Origin: Actinomycetota bacterium
Lineage (GTDB): Bacteria > Actinomycetota > UBA4738 > HRBIN12
Direction: 5' to 3'
DNA: 64,000 nt
Assembly (NCBI GenBank): GCA_035288045.1
Contig: DATEBA010000052.1
Coordinates: 3,788 to 67,787, forward strand
The position numbers and the translations under genes were made by a program. Within the stretch, counting starts at the first letter, position 1. The number at the start of each line of letters is the position of its first letter. The notes beneath the pieces are model-generated. The model searched no databases, had not been told where the DNA came from, and worked only from the letters and a program-made list of their open reading frames with translations. Shown in pieces: positions 63,989 through 64,000 of this stretch.

Positions 63989-64000
63989 GGGCCTCCCTCG

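Noticed and set aside
63950-63999. Apparent one-base discrepancy between the printed sequence near 63960 and the ORF-track translation (ERFARL)
   Set aside because: This is most likely a transcription or formatting issue at the very end of the window. The ORF-track coordinates were trusted, and it is not treated as a biological frameshift.
1-64000. CRISPR arrays, IS elements/transposases, integrases, prophage genes, rRNA and tRNA
   Set aside because: I found no direct-repeat/spacer periodicity, no transposase or integrase-like ORFs, and no rRNA or tRNA signatures in any intergenic region. The window looks like core chromosome.

Overview
This is a high-GC (about 70%), densely coding chromosomal segment of Actinobacteria type. 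Genes are tightly packed and neighbours often overlap by 4 nt (ATGA/GTGA). I see no rRNA, tRNA, CRISPR array, IS element or prophage. Many long ORFs in the track are Arg/Gly/Pro-rich antisense or N-terminal-extension artifacts and were discarded.

Layout from 5' to 3':
- 1-3 kb: a PLP-dependent decarboxylase (5' partial) and urocanase.
- 3-6.5 kb: a c-di-GMP signalling triad of REC-EAL, REC-histidine kinase and REC-GGDEF, built on near-identical receiver domains.
- 6.6-10 kb: a cbs / DUF429 / cystathionine gamma-synthase-lyase operon.
- 10-18.5 kb: a PQQ-type sugar dehydrogenase, a NUDIX-CoA-binding fusion, HesB/ErpA, F420-linked genes (FrhB-like, ferredoxin, LLM oxidoreductase) and a GAF-5xPAS sensor kinase.
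- 18.6-27.7 kb: a PucR-regulated GABA/amine catabolic block (saccharopine-DH-like, two ALDH, GabT, MFS) with palindromic candidate operators.
- 27.7-40.3 kb: a peptidase, small membrane proteins, AlkA, an MgtE-TM/PhoU-TrkA_C pair, IspH, an Rpf-like transglycosylase with a possible ydaO-type leader, CorA, PiT/DUF47, the conserved phosphomutase-DUF3090-SCO1664 cassette and Ogt.
- 40.3-50.5 kb: an uncharacterised envelope/redox cluster (cupredoxin-like, polytopic membrane protein, lipoproteins, thioredoxin-like), plus CDF, NadD-like, eIF-2B-like, rhomboid, redoxin, a PQQ-propeller protein and PheA.
- 50.7-64 kb: a polysaccharide locus. It has Wzc, DUF4012, GH26 and a tiny protein with a sortase-like sorting signal on one side. 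On the other is a six-gene translationally coupled operon with three PAPS-type sulfotransferase domains (one fused to the Wzx flippase), a GT2, a Wzy-like polymerase and an APH-fold kinase.

The operon with three sulfotransferase domains is the strongest candidate for an undescribed sulfated/phosphorylated glycan system.
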